The notes: generated by a model not told the origin, from the letters alone. A stretch of DNA of 64,000 nt from a virus (IMGVR_UViG_3300025137_003799:1-64000), one strand, 5' to 3'. Shown: positions 29,345 through 39,127, numbered from the stretch's first letter. A program made the numbers and translations.

Positions 29345-30241
29345 ATGAAATTACGTTATAGTGAAGCATTTTATAGTGTACAAGGCGAAGGTAAATATGT
29401 GGGAGTACCTAGTGTGTTTCTGCGTACATTCGGTTGTAATTTCCGTTGTATGAACTTTGGTTTAGGCAAACAAGAACCCAGTCGTGCAGAAAAACATGCA
29501 CAAGGACAAAGGTACAATCAGGAAGTAAAAGATTTAATTAATGCAGGTGTACATGAAAATACTAAAGTATTTGAAGACTTGCCAATTATACACACAGGTT
29601 GCGATACATATGCAAGTATCTATCCTGAGTTTAAACACTTTAATAGACAAGCAGAAGTTGAAGAAGTAGTAGAACATTTACTTAGTCTAACTCCTGAAGG
29701 CAGATGGACAATGGATAATGGACAAGATGTGCATCTTATCCTCACAGGCGGTGAACCGTTGTTAGCATGGCAAAAATTATATATAGAATTATTTGAACAC
29801 CCACGTATGAAGGATTTAAAAAATGTTACATTTGAAACAAATACTACACAATTGCTCCACAAAGATTTCAAGGAGTACCTCAACAATCAATCAAGGATTA
29901 GAGTCACTTGGTCTTGCTCCGCAAAGCTATCAGTTTCTGGGGAGTCTGAAGCAGACTGCATTAAGCCTAATGTGGCTACTGATTATGCTAGTGTATCTGG
30001 CAGTAACATTTATCTTAAATTTGTCGTGGGCGATAGGGCTGATATTGAAGAAGCTGGTCGAGCTGTTGAGACATTCCGTATGGGAGGTCTCGAGTGTCCA
30101 GTATATTGTATGCCGCTTGGAGGACGTAGTGAAGAGTATAATCTCAACGTTCAAGAAGTCGCTGAAGTATGTATGGAACGGGGGTGGAGATTTACACCAA
30201 GACTCCACATCAGTCTCTTCGGAAATGCCTGGGGAACCTAA
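29345..30241 (+). CDS. queE: 7-carboxy-7-deazaguanine synthase (radical SAM)
   Basis: FYSVQGEG, FLRTFGCN.RC...CDT, TGGEP, FETN, KFVV and RLH. Confidence 0.9.
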   Translation: MKLRYSEAFYSVQGEGKYVGVPSVFLRTFGCNFRCMNFGLGKQEPSRAEKHAQGQRYNQEVKDLINAGVHENTKVFEDLPIIHTGCDTYASIYPEFKHFNRQAEVEEVVEHLLSLTPEGRWTMDNGQDVHLILTGGEPLLAWQKLYIELFEHPRMKDLKNVTFETNTTQLLHKDFKEYLNNQSRIRVTWSCSAKLSVSGESEADCIKPNVATDYASVSGSNIYLKFVVGDRADIEEAGRAVETFRMGGLECPVYCMPLGGRSEEYNLNVQEVAEVCMERGWRFTPRLHISLFGNAWGT

Positions 30242-30314
30242 AATACACCCAAAAGTAGATAGAGCAAATAAGGCTCCAATTGATATGGACAAAGTTAGAA
30301 AGGCAGGTTATTAA

Positions 30315-31463
30315 ATGACACGACAAAACGACTACATCTTCACTAGCGAAAGTGTTAGTGACGGTCATCCAGATAAAGTAGCAGATCAAATTTCAGATGC
30401 ACTTGTTGATGCTGGCCTGAAAGCAGGTGACGATACAACAAGGGTAGCAGTTGAAACACTAGTTACAACCAACTACGTTGTAGTAGCTGGAGAAGTAAAA
30501 AACTTTAACGTTACAAACGATGAAGTAGAACAAATTATTAGAGATAAAGTAAAAGAAATTGGTTATGAACAGGATGGATTCCATTGGAACAAATTAACTG
30601 TTGACAATAAAACAATCAATAACCAACTACATTCACAGAGTGCTGATATTGGTTTAGGTACAGATGACTTTGGAGCAGGCGATCAGGGTATTATGTTTGG
30701 TTATGCAACTAATGAAACAGAATCATTTATGCCAGCACCTATACATTACTCACATGAGATACTTAAAAATTTAAAAGCAAAAAGAGAAGATGGCTTTGAA
30801 TATATGTTGCCTGATGCTAAGAGTCAGGTAAGTATAGAATACAGTGGTGGTAAGCCCAAACGTGTTGATCAAGTTGTTATTAGTAGTCAACATACTGAAG
30901 GTTTTCAACACAGTATCAAGATGCCGTTAAAACAGGCGGCAGTAGAAGTATTGGGAGACTTAATAGATGAATTTACTATATTCCATCTTAATCCTACTGG
31001 CAATTTTGTCATTGGTGGCCCTGATGGTGACACAGGAGTTACTGGTCGTAAAATTATCGTTGATACTTATGGCGGTTTCGCTCCTCATGGTGGCGGTGCT
31101 TTTAGTGGTAAAGACCCTACTAAAGTAGATCGTTCAGCGGCATATGTAGCCCGTTGGATTGCAAAGAATGTTGTAGCAGATAATATGGCAGACTGGTGTA
31201 GTATACAACTAAGTTATGCTATCGGCATAAAAGAACCCACAAGTATCTACATTGATTCAAACGGACATAATCGCAGTATACACAAGCATATTATAGATAC
31301 TATTGATTTAACACCTAAAGGTATTATTGATAGATTTGATATGTTTAATTTTAACGAATACAGTAAAAACTGTACATATGGACACTTTGGTAGCAAAGAA
31401 GTGCCGTGGGAAAAAATAGGATGGGACTCAAACAATGTTTACGAAATTAAAAAATATATTTAA
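30315..31463 (+). CDS. metK: S-adenosylmethionine synthetase
   Basis: FTSESVSDGHPDK, GAGDQG, GGPDGDTGVTGRK and GGGAFSGKD. Confidence 0.97.
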   Translation: MTRQNDYIFTSESVSDGHPDKVADQISDALVDAGLKAGDDTTRVAVETLVTTNYVVVAGEVKNFNVTNDEVEQIIRDKVKEIGYEQDGFHWNKLTVDNKTINNQLHSQSADIGLGTDDFGAGDQGIMFGYATNETESFMPAPIHYSHEILKNLKAKREDGFEYMLPDAKSQVSIEYSGGKPKRVDQVVISSQHTEGFQHSIKMPLKQAAVEVLGDLIDEFTIFHLNPTGNFVIGGPDGDTGVTGRKIIVDTYGGFAPHGGGAFSGKDPTKVDRSAAYVARWIAKNVVADNMADWCSIQLSYAIGIKEPTSIYIDSNGHNRSIHKHIIDTIDLTPKGIIDRFDMFNFNEYSKNCTYGHFGSKEVPWEKIGWDSNNVYEIKKYI

Positions 31464-31734
31464 CTCTAAGAAGGCTGTTAAGAAAGCAGGTAAAACTGTA
31501 TCTAAGGTCAGTGAAAAGGATCAAGCGACAGCAAAAGGCGAACCATATGTTAGAGTTGTTAATGTAGATCTTAATGAAGAAAATCCTAGTGATGGTTTCT
31601 TTGAACTGGAATGGAACAAAATATTCGTAGATAAACTTAGGGAAAATGGCTATAGTGGAACTACTGAAGAAGAGATTGTTGACAGTTGGTTTACACAACT
31701 CTGCCGTAACATTGGCGATGCAGACGATTATTAA
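31435..31734 (+). CDS. hypothetical protein
   Basis: GFFELEWN...IVDSWF. Confidence 0.6.
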   Translation: MFTKLKNIFNSKKAVKKAGKTVSKVSEKDQATAKGEPYVRVVNVDLNEENPSDGFFELEWNKIFVDKLRENGYSGTTEEEIVDSWFTQLCRNIGDADDY

Positions 31735-31741
31735 AAAGTTC

Positions 31742-31770
31742 TTGACAACCGTGAATAACGGTGTTATTAT
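31742..31770 (+). promoter_or_regulatory. sigma70-type promoter
   Basis: TTGACA-N17-TATTAT with TG at the extended -10 position. Confidence 0.65.
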
Positions 31771-31796
31771 CACAGTATAACAATAAGGGAACTAAC

Positions 31797-32789
31797 ATGG
31801 AAACCTATATACTAGTAGATACTGCTAATATGTTTATGAGAGCAAGACATGTCGTACGTGGTGATGATATGTATACTAAAATTGGTATGAGCTATCATAT
31901 TATGTTTAACAGTATTAATAAAACTTGGCGTGACCAGAATGGTAGTCATGTTGTTATTTGTTTAGAAGGACGTAGTTGGCGTAAAGACTTTTACGAGCCT
32001 TATAAACGTAATAGAAAAGCAGTATTGGCGGCTAAGACAGATCGTGAACAAGAAGAAGATCAACAGTTCTGGGACGCCTTTGATGAGCTACAACATTTCT
32101 TCTTAGACAAGACTAACTGTACAGTATTACAACATGGGCAATGTGAAGCAGATGACTTTATTGCACGTTGGATACAGAATCATCCTGACGACAATCATAT
32201 TATTGTTAGTAGTGATAGTGACTACTATCAGTTACTGAGTCCTAATGTTAAACAGTACAATGGTATTACACAAGAACTTATTACAACAGAAGGTATCTTT
32301 AATGACAAAGGTAAGCCTGTTATGGATAAGAAGACTAAGGAGCCTAAACAAATAGGCAATCCTGAGTGGTTATTGTTTGAGAAGTGTATACGTGGCGACA
32401 GTAGTGATAATGTGTTTAGTGCTTATCCAGGTGCTCGTAAGAAAGGCACTAAGAATAAAATAGGACTAGAAGAAGCATTTGCAGATAAAGATGCAAAAGG
32501 CTTTAACTGGAATAACTTTATGCTACAACGTTGGTTAGATCATGAGAACGTAGAGCATCGTGTACTAGATGACTACAATCGTAATATGCACCTTATAGAC
32601 TTAACTGCACAACCTGAAGAAATTAAGACAGCTCTTGATGCCACAATTGTTAAACAAGTACAACGTGATAAGGTAGCACAGGTAGGTGTACACTTTATGA
32701 AGTTCTGTGGTAAACACAGTCTAGATAATATAAGTAAGAACCCAGGCGATCATGCCGTATATTTAAATGCAGGATATCAAAATGGATAA
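31797..32789 (+). CDS. rnh: T4-type RNase H / 5'-3' flap exonuclease
   Basis: ILVD, SWRK..Y..YK.NR, EADD, SSDSD and GDSSDN. Confidence 0.9.
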   Translation: METYILVDTANMFMRARHVVRGDDMYTKIGMSYHIMFNSINKTWRDQNGSHVVICLEGRSWRKDFYEPYKRNRKAVLAAKTDREQEEDQQFWDAFDELQHFFLDKTNCTVLQHGQCEADDFIARWIQNHPDDNHIIVSSDSDYYQLLSPNVKQYNGITQELITTEGIFNDKGKPVMDKKTKEPKQIGNPEWLLFEKCIRGDSSDNVFSAYPGARKKGTKNKIGLEEAFADKDAKGFNWNNFMLQRWLDHENVEHRVLDDYNRNMHLIDLTAQPEEIKTALDATIVKQVQRDKVAQVGVHFMKFCGKHSLDNISKNPGDHAVYLNAGYQNG

Positions 32790-33054
32790 TATAAACTACC
32801 AAGACGCACTTAGTGAACTCAAGCAATCAATATGTGAAGTCACATTTACTAAGGTAAATGGCGATACTCGTATAATGACTTGCACATTACAAAAAGATCT
32901 TATTCCACAAGCAATAAAGAAAGATCCACTAACTGAAACAAAAGTTCGTGAGATCAATGAGAACTTTATTAGTGTGTGGGATATTAATGCAAAGGGCTGG
33001 CGTGGTTTTCGTGTAGCCAATATAATTGCATTCAAGCAAGTTGCTGATGTATAA
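32782..33054 (+). CDS. WYL_2 / SH3-like Sm-fold protein
   Basis: VTFTKVNGDTRIMTCTL...VWD..KGWRGF. Confidence 0.75.
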   Translation: MDNINYQDALSELKQSICEVTFTKVNGDTRIMTCTLQKDLIPQAIKKDPLTETKVREINENFISVWDINAKGWRGFRVANIIAFKQVADV

Positions 33055-33550
33055 TGCTCAAGAAGTAATCAAAGGTAAATTTTGGATTGTAAATAGTGCT
33101 TACGGAAAAGTTGGCACTCTTCGCAAGACAGATGAAGCCTATGAGTTTTTTGATCAGACTACTTGTACAAAAAAGTTGTTGGATAGTCCCGACGAGTTAT
33201 TTAAATTTTCATCTACAGATAGAACTAATAAAGAAGAACAGGACGAGCTCAAAGTAAACGGCTTTCCCACTGGTTCATCCACGGCTGTGGAAGACACTCA
33301 TGATGTATTACCTGTATTTAGAAAGACAGTAACATCAAAAACTCTTCACGGAGCAGGATACTATATTGTAAAATTTGAAGGCATGGGTTGGCAATGGGCG
33401 TTCGCACCCAAGCTATCGACGTTGGATAAATACACATACGAAGGTCCTTACCTCACAGAATGGGAAATGAATTTGGAACTCCGTCGCAAAAAGAGAGAAC
33501 CAAATGACGAATACAATAAAATCAATAGGGACACTTTTCCTAATAGTTAG
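33047..33550 (+). CDS. hypothetical protein
   Basis: GAGYY, PKLSTL..Y.YEGP. Confidence 0.6.
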   Translation: MYNAQEVIKGKFWIVNSAYGKVGTLRKTDEAYEFFDQTTCTKKLLDSPDELFKFSSTDRTNKEEQDELKVNGFPTGSSTAVEDTHDVLPVFRKTVTSKTLHGAGYYIVKFEGMGWQWAFAPKLSTLDKYTYEGPYLTEWEMNLELRRKKREPNDEYNKINRDTFPNS

Positions 33551-34649
33551 TGCGGTCAGTTTGATCAGCTACTATATTGGGATATATAACAAGCATCACC
33601 CCGACTTACAAAACCTTTCAACTAACGTTATGCTATCAACTGTTGTGGTACAAGTTACAACGGTAGATCCTGCTATGGAAAGATTAGCACGAGCTAGTGG
33701 ACAAACAGGTTCTGGCTCAGGCTTCTTTGTAAAGGTTGACGATGAACATGCATGGGTTGTAACAAACCATCATGTTATAGAATCCTTCATGGCCTATCCA
33801 GACCAATTAGTAATAAATGTATTAACTGCTGATAGACCCTGGGTATACAATGCTGAGTTGATTGGTACTGATGTTTTGTCTGACATAGCAGTTTTAAAAA
33901 TTAAGAAGAAGGATATGGAAGACAATTGGAAAGCATTAAAGTGGGCTGACGAAGATTCATATCTTGAAGGTGAACCTGTTTTAACAATAGGTCATGGGTT
34001 AAATTTGCAATGGACAGTAACCACAGGTATTATATCAGCTTTAGACAGAATACAATTCCAACCATTACAATTTATGATGCAACATGACGCCGTCATTAAT
34101 CAAGGTAATAGTGGTGGTCCACTAGTGAACTACTCAGGTGAAGTTGTAGGTGTTAACAATATGATTATTAGTCCAACTATCAACGGCTTTGGATCAAGAA
34201 AAGGCTGGGATGGTATTGCTCTAGCGATTGCAGGCTGGCAGGCAGAAAGAGCAGTGAATAGTATATTAGATATAGGTAGAGTTGTTTATCCTAGATTTGA
34301 TGGGTTTGCCATTGTCAATCCTACTATTAAGGAAGCTCAACATGTACATAATACATTAGGAGCAAAACGTAGATCCTATGCAAAAATTTCTGACGTTGAT
34401 GAGACAAAGGAAGCATATAAAAGTGGTATGCGAAATGGTGATATAATGACAGCAGTTGACGGTAAAGACGTTTGGGGATTAATTCACTTTATCAAAGCAT
34501 GTATGCACAAACAACCTGGAGATATTATTAAGATAACATTGTTGAGAGGTACAGAAAAATTTACTATAGATTATAAATTACTTACATTTCCAGATTCAGT
34601 TGAACCAAAAGAAGATAGTCGTATTAAGATATTGCCCGCTCCTAGGTAG
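33504..34649 (+). CDS. HtrA/DegP-family serine protease with PDZ domain
   Basis: N-terminal TM; GSGF, VTNHHV, SDIAV and GNSGGPL triad motifs; C-terminal PDZ. Confidence 0.92.
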   Translation: MTNTIKSIGTLFLIVSAVSLISYYIGIYNKHHPDLQNLSTNVMLSTVVVQVTTVDPAMERLARASGQTGSGSGFFVKVDDEHAWVVTNHHVIESFMAYPDQLVINVLTADRPWVYNAELIGTDVLSDIAVLKIKKKDMEDNWKALKWADEDSYLEGEPVLTIGHGLNLQWTVTTGIISALDRIQFQPLQFMMQHDAVINQGNSGGPLVNYSGEVVGVNNMIISPTINGFGSRKGWDGIALAIAGWQAERAVNSILDIGRVVYPRFDGFAIVNPTIKEAQHVHNTLGAKRRSYAKISDVDETKEAYKSGMRNGDIMTAVDGKDVWGLIHFIKACMHKQPGDIIKITLLRGTEKFTIDYKLLTFPDSVEPKEDSRIKILPAPR

Positions 34650-34681
34650 TATTCATTAAGTTAGTATTTAATTGCAAATGG

Positions 34682-34689
34682 TATAAATA
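34682..34689 (+). promoter_or_regulatory. late promoter TATAAATA
   Basis: exact box in an intergenic gap. Confidence 0.65.
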
Positions 34690-34699
34690 CTTGTACTAA

Positions 34700-35008
34700 A
34701 TGGAGAACAATATGGCAAGACCTAAACCAACGATAATCTTAGACTACACAGATAAAACTTATAAGAGTGAACAAGTATTACAGGCTGACGCCATATATGC
34801 CGTTTTTTATCAGGGTAATCCTATCAACTTGAGAACCCAACATAGTCTTATTAATTATCCAGGACCTAAATATAAAAAAGTATCATTTTCAAATAGTGGA
34901 CATGCTTTTAACCTAGCAGACAGACTAAACAAACAATTCAACTGTAATAAATTTACTGTTGTTAGATTAATACAGGGTGAAATTGTAACACGGAATGACA
35001 ACAACTGA
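34700..35008 (+). CDS. hypothetical phage protein
   Basis: YPGPKYKKVSFSNSGHAFNLA; likely start 34712. Confidence 0.7.
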   Translation: MENNMARPKPTIILDYTDKTYKSEQVLQADAIYAVFYQGNPINLRTQHSLINYPGPKYKKVSFSNSGHAFNLADRLNKQFNCNKFTVVRLIQGEIVTRNDNN

Positions 35009-35300
35009 TTTACAGGATCAAATATTAAAATCGTTTGGACTGGAAAAAACAATGTTCAAACAAATGTTTTATAATAAAAAAACTCTCAGACTAACAAAAC
35101 GTGGCAGAGATATGTTAAAGGCGAAATATGCCTTTTGGATATTCGACGATCACGAAATGGTAAGTAAGGATAGTATTTCGTTACAACGTAAAATGACTTA
35201 CCCTTATTTTATGGACAAAAGAACGCTAATACTCTTTACTGAGGTAGATGCATTTATGGTCAAGATGGCGGGAGTTAAAGGATGGATAGATGGAAAATAA
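34995..35300 (+). CDS. hypothetical protein
   Basis: LRLTKRG, YPYF. Confidence 0.6.
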   Translation: MTTTDLQDQILKSFGLEKTMFKQMFYNKKTLRLTKRGRDMLKAKYAFWIFDDHEMVSKDSISLQRKMTYPYFMDKRTLILFTEVDAFMVKMAGVKGWIDGK

Positions 35301-36495
35301 AATAGAGGAGTTGGGAGTACCAAAAAGTTTCTGCTTTGCTCCCTATACTAACTTAGATTTAGATCAAGACGGATCTTTCTATCCATGTTATAGAAGTAAA
35401 GTTAGACAGGGAAAATGGAAAGACGGCAAGGTAGTGGAAGCATACAATAACGAAAGTATGCAGGAACTTCGTGATGATCTATGGCACGGCAGAGAAAATG
35501 ATAACTGTATTCAATGTCATAGAAGAGAGTCTGAAGGACAAAGATCAACTAGACAACAATACAATGAAGATGTACTTGATAATCGTATTGAATCAACAGA
35601 GTTTGTTGAGAAAATTATAGACAATCATTTAGTTGCAAGAGTAGAAGATATACATACTATGGAAGTTCGTCCACATGGAATGTGTACAAATGCCTGTGCT
35701 CACTGTGATGAAAATAGCAGTAGCAGATGGATTGCCCTACAGGATCTTGACAATACACCTTTCCTAGAGAACTATAAAGATGAACCCAATGTATTGGATG
35801 ATCTATATAACAAAGCAACAAATTTAAAAGCCATACACTTTACAGGTGGCGAGCCTTTACTATATGAAAAGACACACCTACAACATTTACAAAACATACC
35901 CAATAAAGAAACAGTTGAACTTAGGTATCACAGTTCCTTAAAAACTTTACCTGGAGATGACATACGTGAAATATGGAAAACATTTGGTCACGTTAAAATT
36001 TTCGTTAGTTTAGATACAAGTGAAAAGTTTTATGCATATTTTAGATGGGGAAGTAATTGGCCAACTACAATTGAAAACATAGAAGCAATACGAGATATAG
36101 TTGAAATACAGGCCACAATCACTGTCAATATATTAACAATGTTGGATATTGTTCCTCTTATAAACTACTTAGTTGACAATGATATTGGAATGAACTCAAG
36201 TTTTGTGGATCCTCCACACCAGCTTAGTTGTGTTTATCTTCCAAATAAGTTAAAAGCAAGAGCATGTGGAGAACTAAATCAAGCTCGTTTTAAAGTACAA
36301 CAATATAAAACTCCAAAGCATATGAGACTAGCAACAAAATGGTTAGCAGAGATTCAAGAGTTTATGATGAGCCAGGATCATGGTAATAGTTGGCCGAAAG
36401 ATACTATCAATATGTTTAGAACCTTAGATCATGTATATGGATTATTAATTAAAAACTATGATGCAGATCTTGACTTTGCCGTGCCTGTAAAATGA
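35290..36495 (+). CDS. radical SAM protein with N-terminal twitch-like Cys cluster
   Basis: CFAPY, PCY, CIQC, then CTNACAHC and FTGGEP. Confidence 0.88.
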   Translation: MENKIEELGVPKSFCFAPYTNLDLDQDGSFYPCYRSKVRQGKWKDGKVVEAYNNESMQELRDDLWHGRENDNCIQCHRRESEGQRSTRQQYNEDVLDNRIESTEFVEKIIDNHLVARVEDIHTMEVRPHGMCTNACAHCDENSSSRWIALQDLDNTPFLENYKDEPNVLDDLYNKATNLKAIHFTGGEPLLYEKTHLQHLQNIPNKETVELRYHSSLKTLPGDDIREIWKTFGHVKIFVSLDTSEKFYAYFRWGSNWPTTIENIEAIRDIVEIQATITVNILTMLDIVPLINYLVDNDIGMNSSFVDPPHQLSCVYLPNKLKARACGELNQARFKVQQYKTPKHMRLATKWLAEIQEFMMSQDHGNSWPKDTINMFRTLDHVYGLLIKNYDADLDFAVPVK

Positions 36496-36653
36496 AAGAA
36501 TATTTAAAAGACTTTTGGTTTTGGTATAAAGACTTCGGTGTGAAGTACGGTTGGTTCTGGGCTTTTGGTTATGCAAGATTTAATGCATTATACTTTAATA
36601 GAAACGGCCAGTGGAAACGTAATACAAACGGAGAAATAAATGAAAACAAGTGA
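36492..36653 (+). CDS. aromatic-rich small peptide (53 aa)
   Basis: ATGA overlap with the radical SAM stop; MKEYLKDFWFWYKDFGVKYGWFWAFGY... Confidence 0.5.
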   Translation: MKEYLKDFWFWYKDFGVKYGWFWAFGYARFNALYFNRNGQWKRNTNGEINENK

Positions 36654-36729
36654 TTATGTCTTGCTTTATATCGTAAGTATTGCTATAATATATGCAAGTG
36701 TTGGAATTATGATGGAGAATTACGGATGA
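36640..36729 (+). CDS. 29-aa single-TM micropeptide
   Basis: GGAG RBS; stop overlaps the dCMP deaminase start. Confidence 0.4.
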   Translation: MKTSDYVLLYIVSIAIIYASVGIMMENYG

Positions 36730-37151
36730 AAGATAAATTTAAACAAGCATATATGGATGTCGCAGAACGGTTTGCACAATTAAGTACTGCTGAACGACTC
36801 CAAGTAGGTGCTATTGTAGTTAAAGATGATAGGATTATTAGCATTGGTTACAATGGAATGCCAAGTGGCTGGGATAATATATGTGAAGATGAAGTAGAAG
36901 AAAACAATATTACACGCCTAGTAACTAAGACAGAAGTACTACATGCTGAAACAAATGCTATTTCAAAACTTGCTAGGAGTGTAGAAAGTGGAGAAGGAGC
37001 AACTATTTTTGTTACTCATGCACCCTGTATTGACTGTGCTAAGATGGTTTATCAAGCTGGTATCAGTACAATATACTACAAAAACGATTATCGTTCAGCT
37101 GGTGGGCTGGAATTCCTCAAAAAATGTGGATTAAAAGTAGAAAAGATTTAA
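36726..37151 (+). CDS. dCMP deaminase
   Basis: VGAIVV, GYNG, HAExNA and PCxxC. Confidence 0.93.
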   Translation: MKDKFKQAYMDVAERFAQLSTAERLQVGAIVVKDDRIISIGYNGMPSGWDNICEDEVEENNITRLVTKTEVLHAETNAISKLARSVESGEGATIFVTHAPCIDCAKMVYQAGISTIYYKNDYRSAGGLEFLKKCGLKVEKI

Positions 37152-37201
37152 AAAGATTTACAAGTCCTTGTTATATAAGGTTTTTATTTAACAGTTTTAG
37201 G

Positions 37202-37230
37202 TTGACAGTAAGACGTTTTGGTGTTACTAT
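37202..37230 (+). promoter_or_regulatory. sigma70-type (early) promoter
   Basis: TTGACA-N17-TACTAT. Confidence 0.65.
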
Positions 37231-37257
37231 CTATATATAAGCTAAAGAAACAAGGAG

Positions 37258-37611
37258 ATGCTTTCAATGACAAATGTACAACTAGACCAAATCCCAACTA
37301 TTATCCAAGAAGCCAAAGAAGCCGCTTTTACAGCCGCTGATAAGTTTTTTAAAGAAAAACTAAACGGTCAGGACCAATATGCATGTGGATTTGCATGGGT
37401 TAACATTTATGGTATTAAGATGAATACCAAAGTAGGTAAGGCTTTTAAAGAAGCAGGTCTTAGAAAAGACTACACAGGTGGTATTAATATGTGGAATCCA
37501 TCAAAGTATGGTTGTCAAAATGTAGATACATTAGAAGCAGGTGCCCAAGCGGCCGCTGATGTGTTTAAAAAGTATGGCTTTAGAGCATATGCTGGTTCAA
37601 GGTTAGATTAA
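37258..37611 (+). CDS. hypothetical phage protein
   Basis: ACGFAWV...YAGSRLD; AAGGAG RBS. Confidence 0.7.
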   Translation: MLSMTNVQLDQIPTIIQEAKEAAFTAADKFFKEKLNGQDQYACGFAWVNIYGIKMNTKVGKAFKEAGLRKDYTGGINMWNPSKYGCQNVDTLEAGAQAAADVFKKYGFRAYAGSRLD

Positions 37612-37619
37612 TAAAAAGG

Positions 37620-37647
37620 TTGACAATACACTATTATAGTGTATACT
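37620..37647 (+). promoter_or_regulatory. sigma70-type promoter with inverted repeat in the spacer
   Basis: TTGACA-N16-TATACT; ATACACTAT-T-ATAGTGTAT. Confidence 0.6.
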
Positions 37648-37685
37648 TAAAATAAGAGTTAAGTTAATATTTCAGGAGAATGTAA

Positions 37686-38795
37686 ATGACTACAACAATT
37701 TCAGAAGCTCGTACTGTAAGAATTTCCGAAGCCAATCGACTTATTGTCAAGGCTTTTAGTAAGAAACGTCCTGTATTTTTATGGGGTCCTCCAGGTATTG
37801 GCAAGTCTGAACTTGTTGATGGAATCGCTAAATCAGAAGTGCTGGGTAGAACGCTTGTTATTGACATGCGTCTTGCCCTTTTTGAGCCTACTGATCTGCG
37901 AGGGTATCCTGTTCCTGACGTAGCTAATGGTGTAATGCAATGGCTCCCCCCGGCTGATTTGCCCACACAGGAAACTGCTCAGGAATGGGATACTGTAATT
38001 TTATTCCTAGACGAACTTAACTCAGCGGCTCCTAGCGTTCAAGCGGCCGCTTACCAGCTGATACTTAACAGACGTATTGGTCAGTATAAACTGCCAGAAA
38101 ATGTTGTGGTAATTGCAGCAGGTAATCGTGAGACAGACAAAGGTGTTGCTTATAGAATGCCTAAGCCACTTGAGAACAGGTTTGTACACTTTGAGCTTCG
38201 TGTAGACTTTACTGATTGGTTAAATTGGGCAGTAGATAACAATGTCAATGCTGATATAGTTGGTTACTTAACATTCGCTAAGAACGACTTATATAACTTT
38301 GATCCACAAAGTTCAAGCAGAGGATTCGCTACTCCTAGGGCATGGACTTTTGCAAGTGATCTATTAGAAGACGATGATCTTCCAGATAGTTTAACTACTG
38401 ATCTAATTGCAGGTTGTGTAGGCGAGGGTGTAGCAATTAAGTTTATGGCACATAAAAAGATTGCAGGCGACTTGCCCAATCCAACTGATGTACTTGACGG
38501 TAAAATTAAGACATTAGAAACTAAAGAAGTTAGTGCCATGTATGCTCTTGCAACCAGCCTATGTTATGAGTTGCGAGAAAGAAACCAACGTGGTGAAAAA
38601 GCTAAAAACTTAGATAGCTATCACAAGGCATTTAGTAACTTTATTGGCTTCATGCTAGATAATTTTGAGACTGAGATGACTGTTATGGCTAGTAGGATTG
38701 CTATGCAAAACTATAAACTAGTTCCAAAGCAGGACAAAATTGAAAGATTTAATGAGTACTTTGAACGTTATGGTAGACTCGTACTTGACGCCTAA
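37686..38795 (+). CDS. MoxR-like AAA+ ATPase
   Basis: GPPGIGKS, LFLDE, AAGNR, NRF and TPRxW. Confidence 0.9.
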   Translation: MTTTISEARTVRISEANRLIVKAFSKKRPVFLWGPPGIGKSELVDGIAKSEVLGRTLVIDMRLALFEPTDLRGYPVPDVANGVMQWLPPADLPTQETAQEWDTVILFLDELNSAAPSVQAAAYQLILNRRIGQYKLPENVVVIAAGNRETDKGVAYRMPKPLENRFVHFELRVDFTDWLNWAVDNNVNADIVGYLTFAKNDLYNFDPQSSSRGFATPRAWTFASDLLEDDDLPDSLTTDLIAGCVGEGVAIKFMAHKKIAGDLPNPTDVLDGKIKTLETKEVSAMYALATSLCYELRERNQRGEKAKNLDSYHKAFSNFIGFMLDNFETEMTVMASRIAMQNYKLVPKQDKIERFNEYFERYGRLVLDA

Positions 38796-39102
38796 ACTGA
38801 AGGAGGGAGAGACAATTGATCTTTCCCTTTTTCAACCACGTGAACGGGTTAGTATTCGTTTATATGGATTAGTGAATAAGGACTGGACACCCCAGGATGT
38901 ATTTGAATATAAAACCAAATGGAAGCCAGAAGCAGAAGTGGTAAATATTAGAGGTAACTTAGACAAAGCCCAAGCCTGGTGTAAGACACATTTATATATG
39001 CAGGATTGGGATATAGTAAAACATGCAATGCCAGACGATAGTCACAATGTTTTATTTAAAAATGCCAAAGAAGCAATGCTATTTAGGTTAAGTTTAGGTT
39101 GA
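38740..39102 (+). CDS. hypothetical protein
   Basis: EAMLFRL C-terminus; start uncertain. Confidence 0.55.
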   Translation: MKDLMSTLNVMVDSYLTPKLKEGETIDLSLFQPRERVSIRLYGLVNKDWTPQDVFEYKTKWKPEAEVVNIRGNLDKAQAWCKTHLYMQDWDIVKHAMPDDSHNVLFKNAKEAMLFRLSLG

Positions 39103-39127
39103 CAAGTATACAATTAGATAGTATACT
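39099..39127 (+). promoter_or_regulatory. sigma70-type promoter
   Basis: TTGACA-N17-TATACT. Confidence 0.65.

Noticed and set aside
29823-30314. 163-aa alternate-frame ORF overlapping queE
   Set aside because: Almost wholly inside queE; at most the last 29 codons (30225-30314) may be a real micro-ORF
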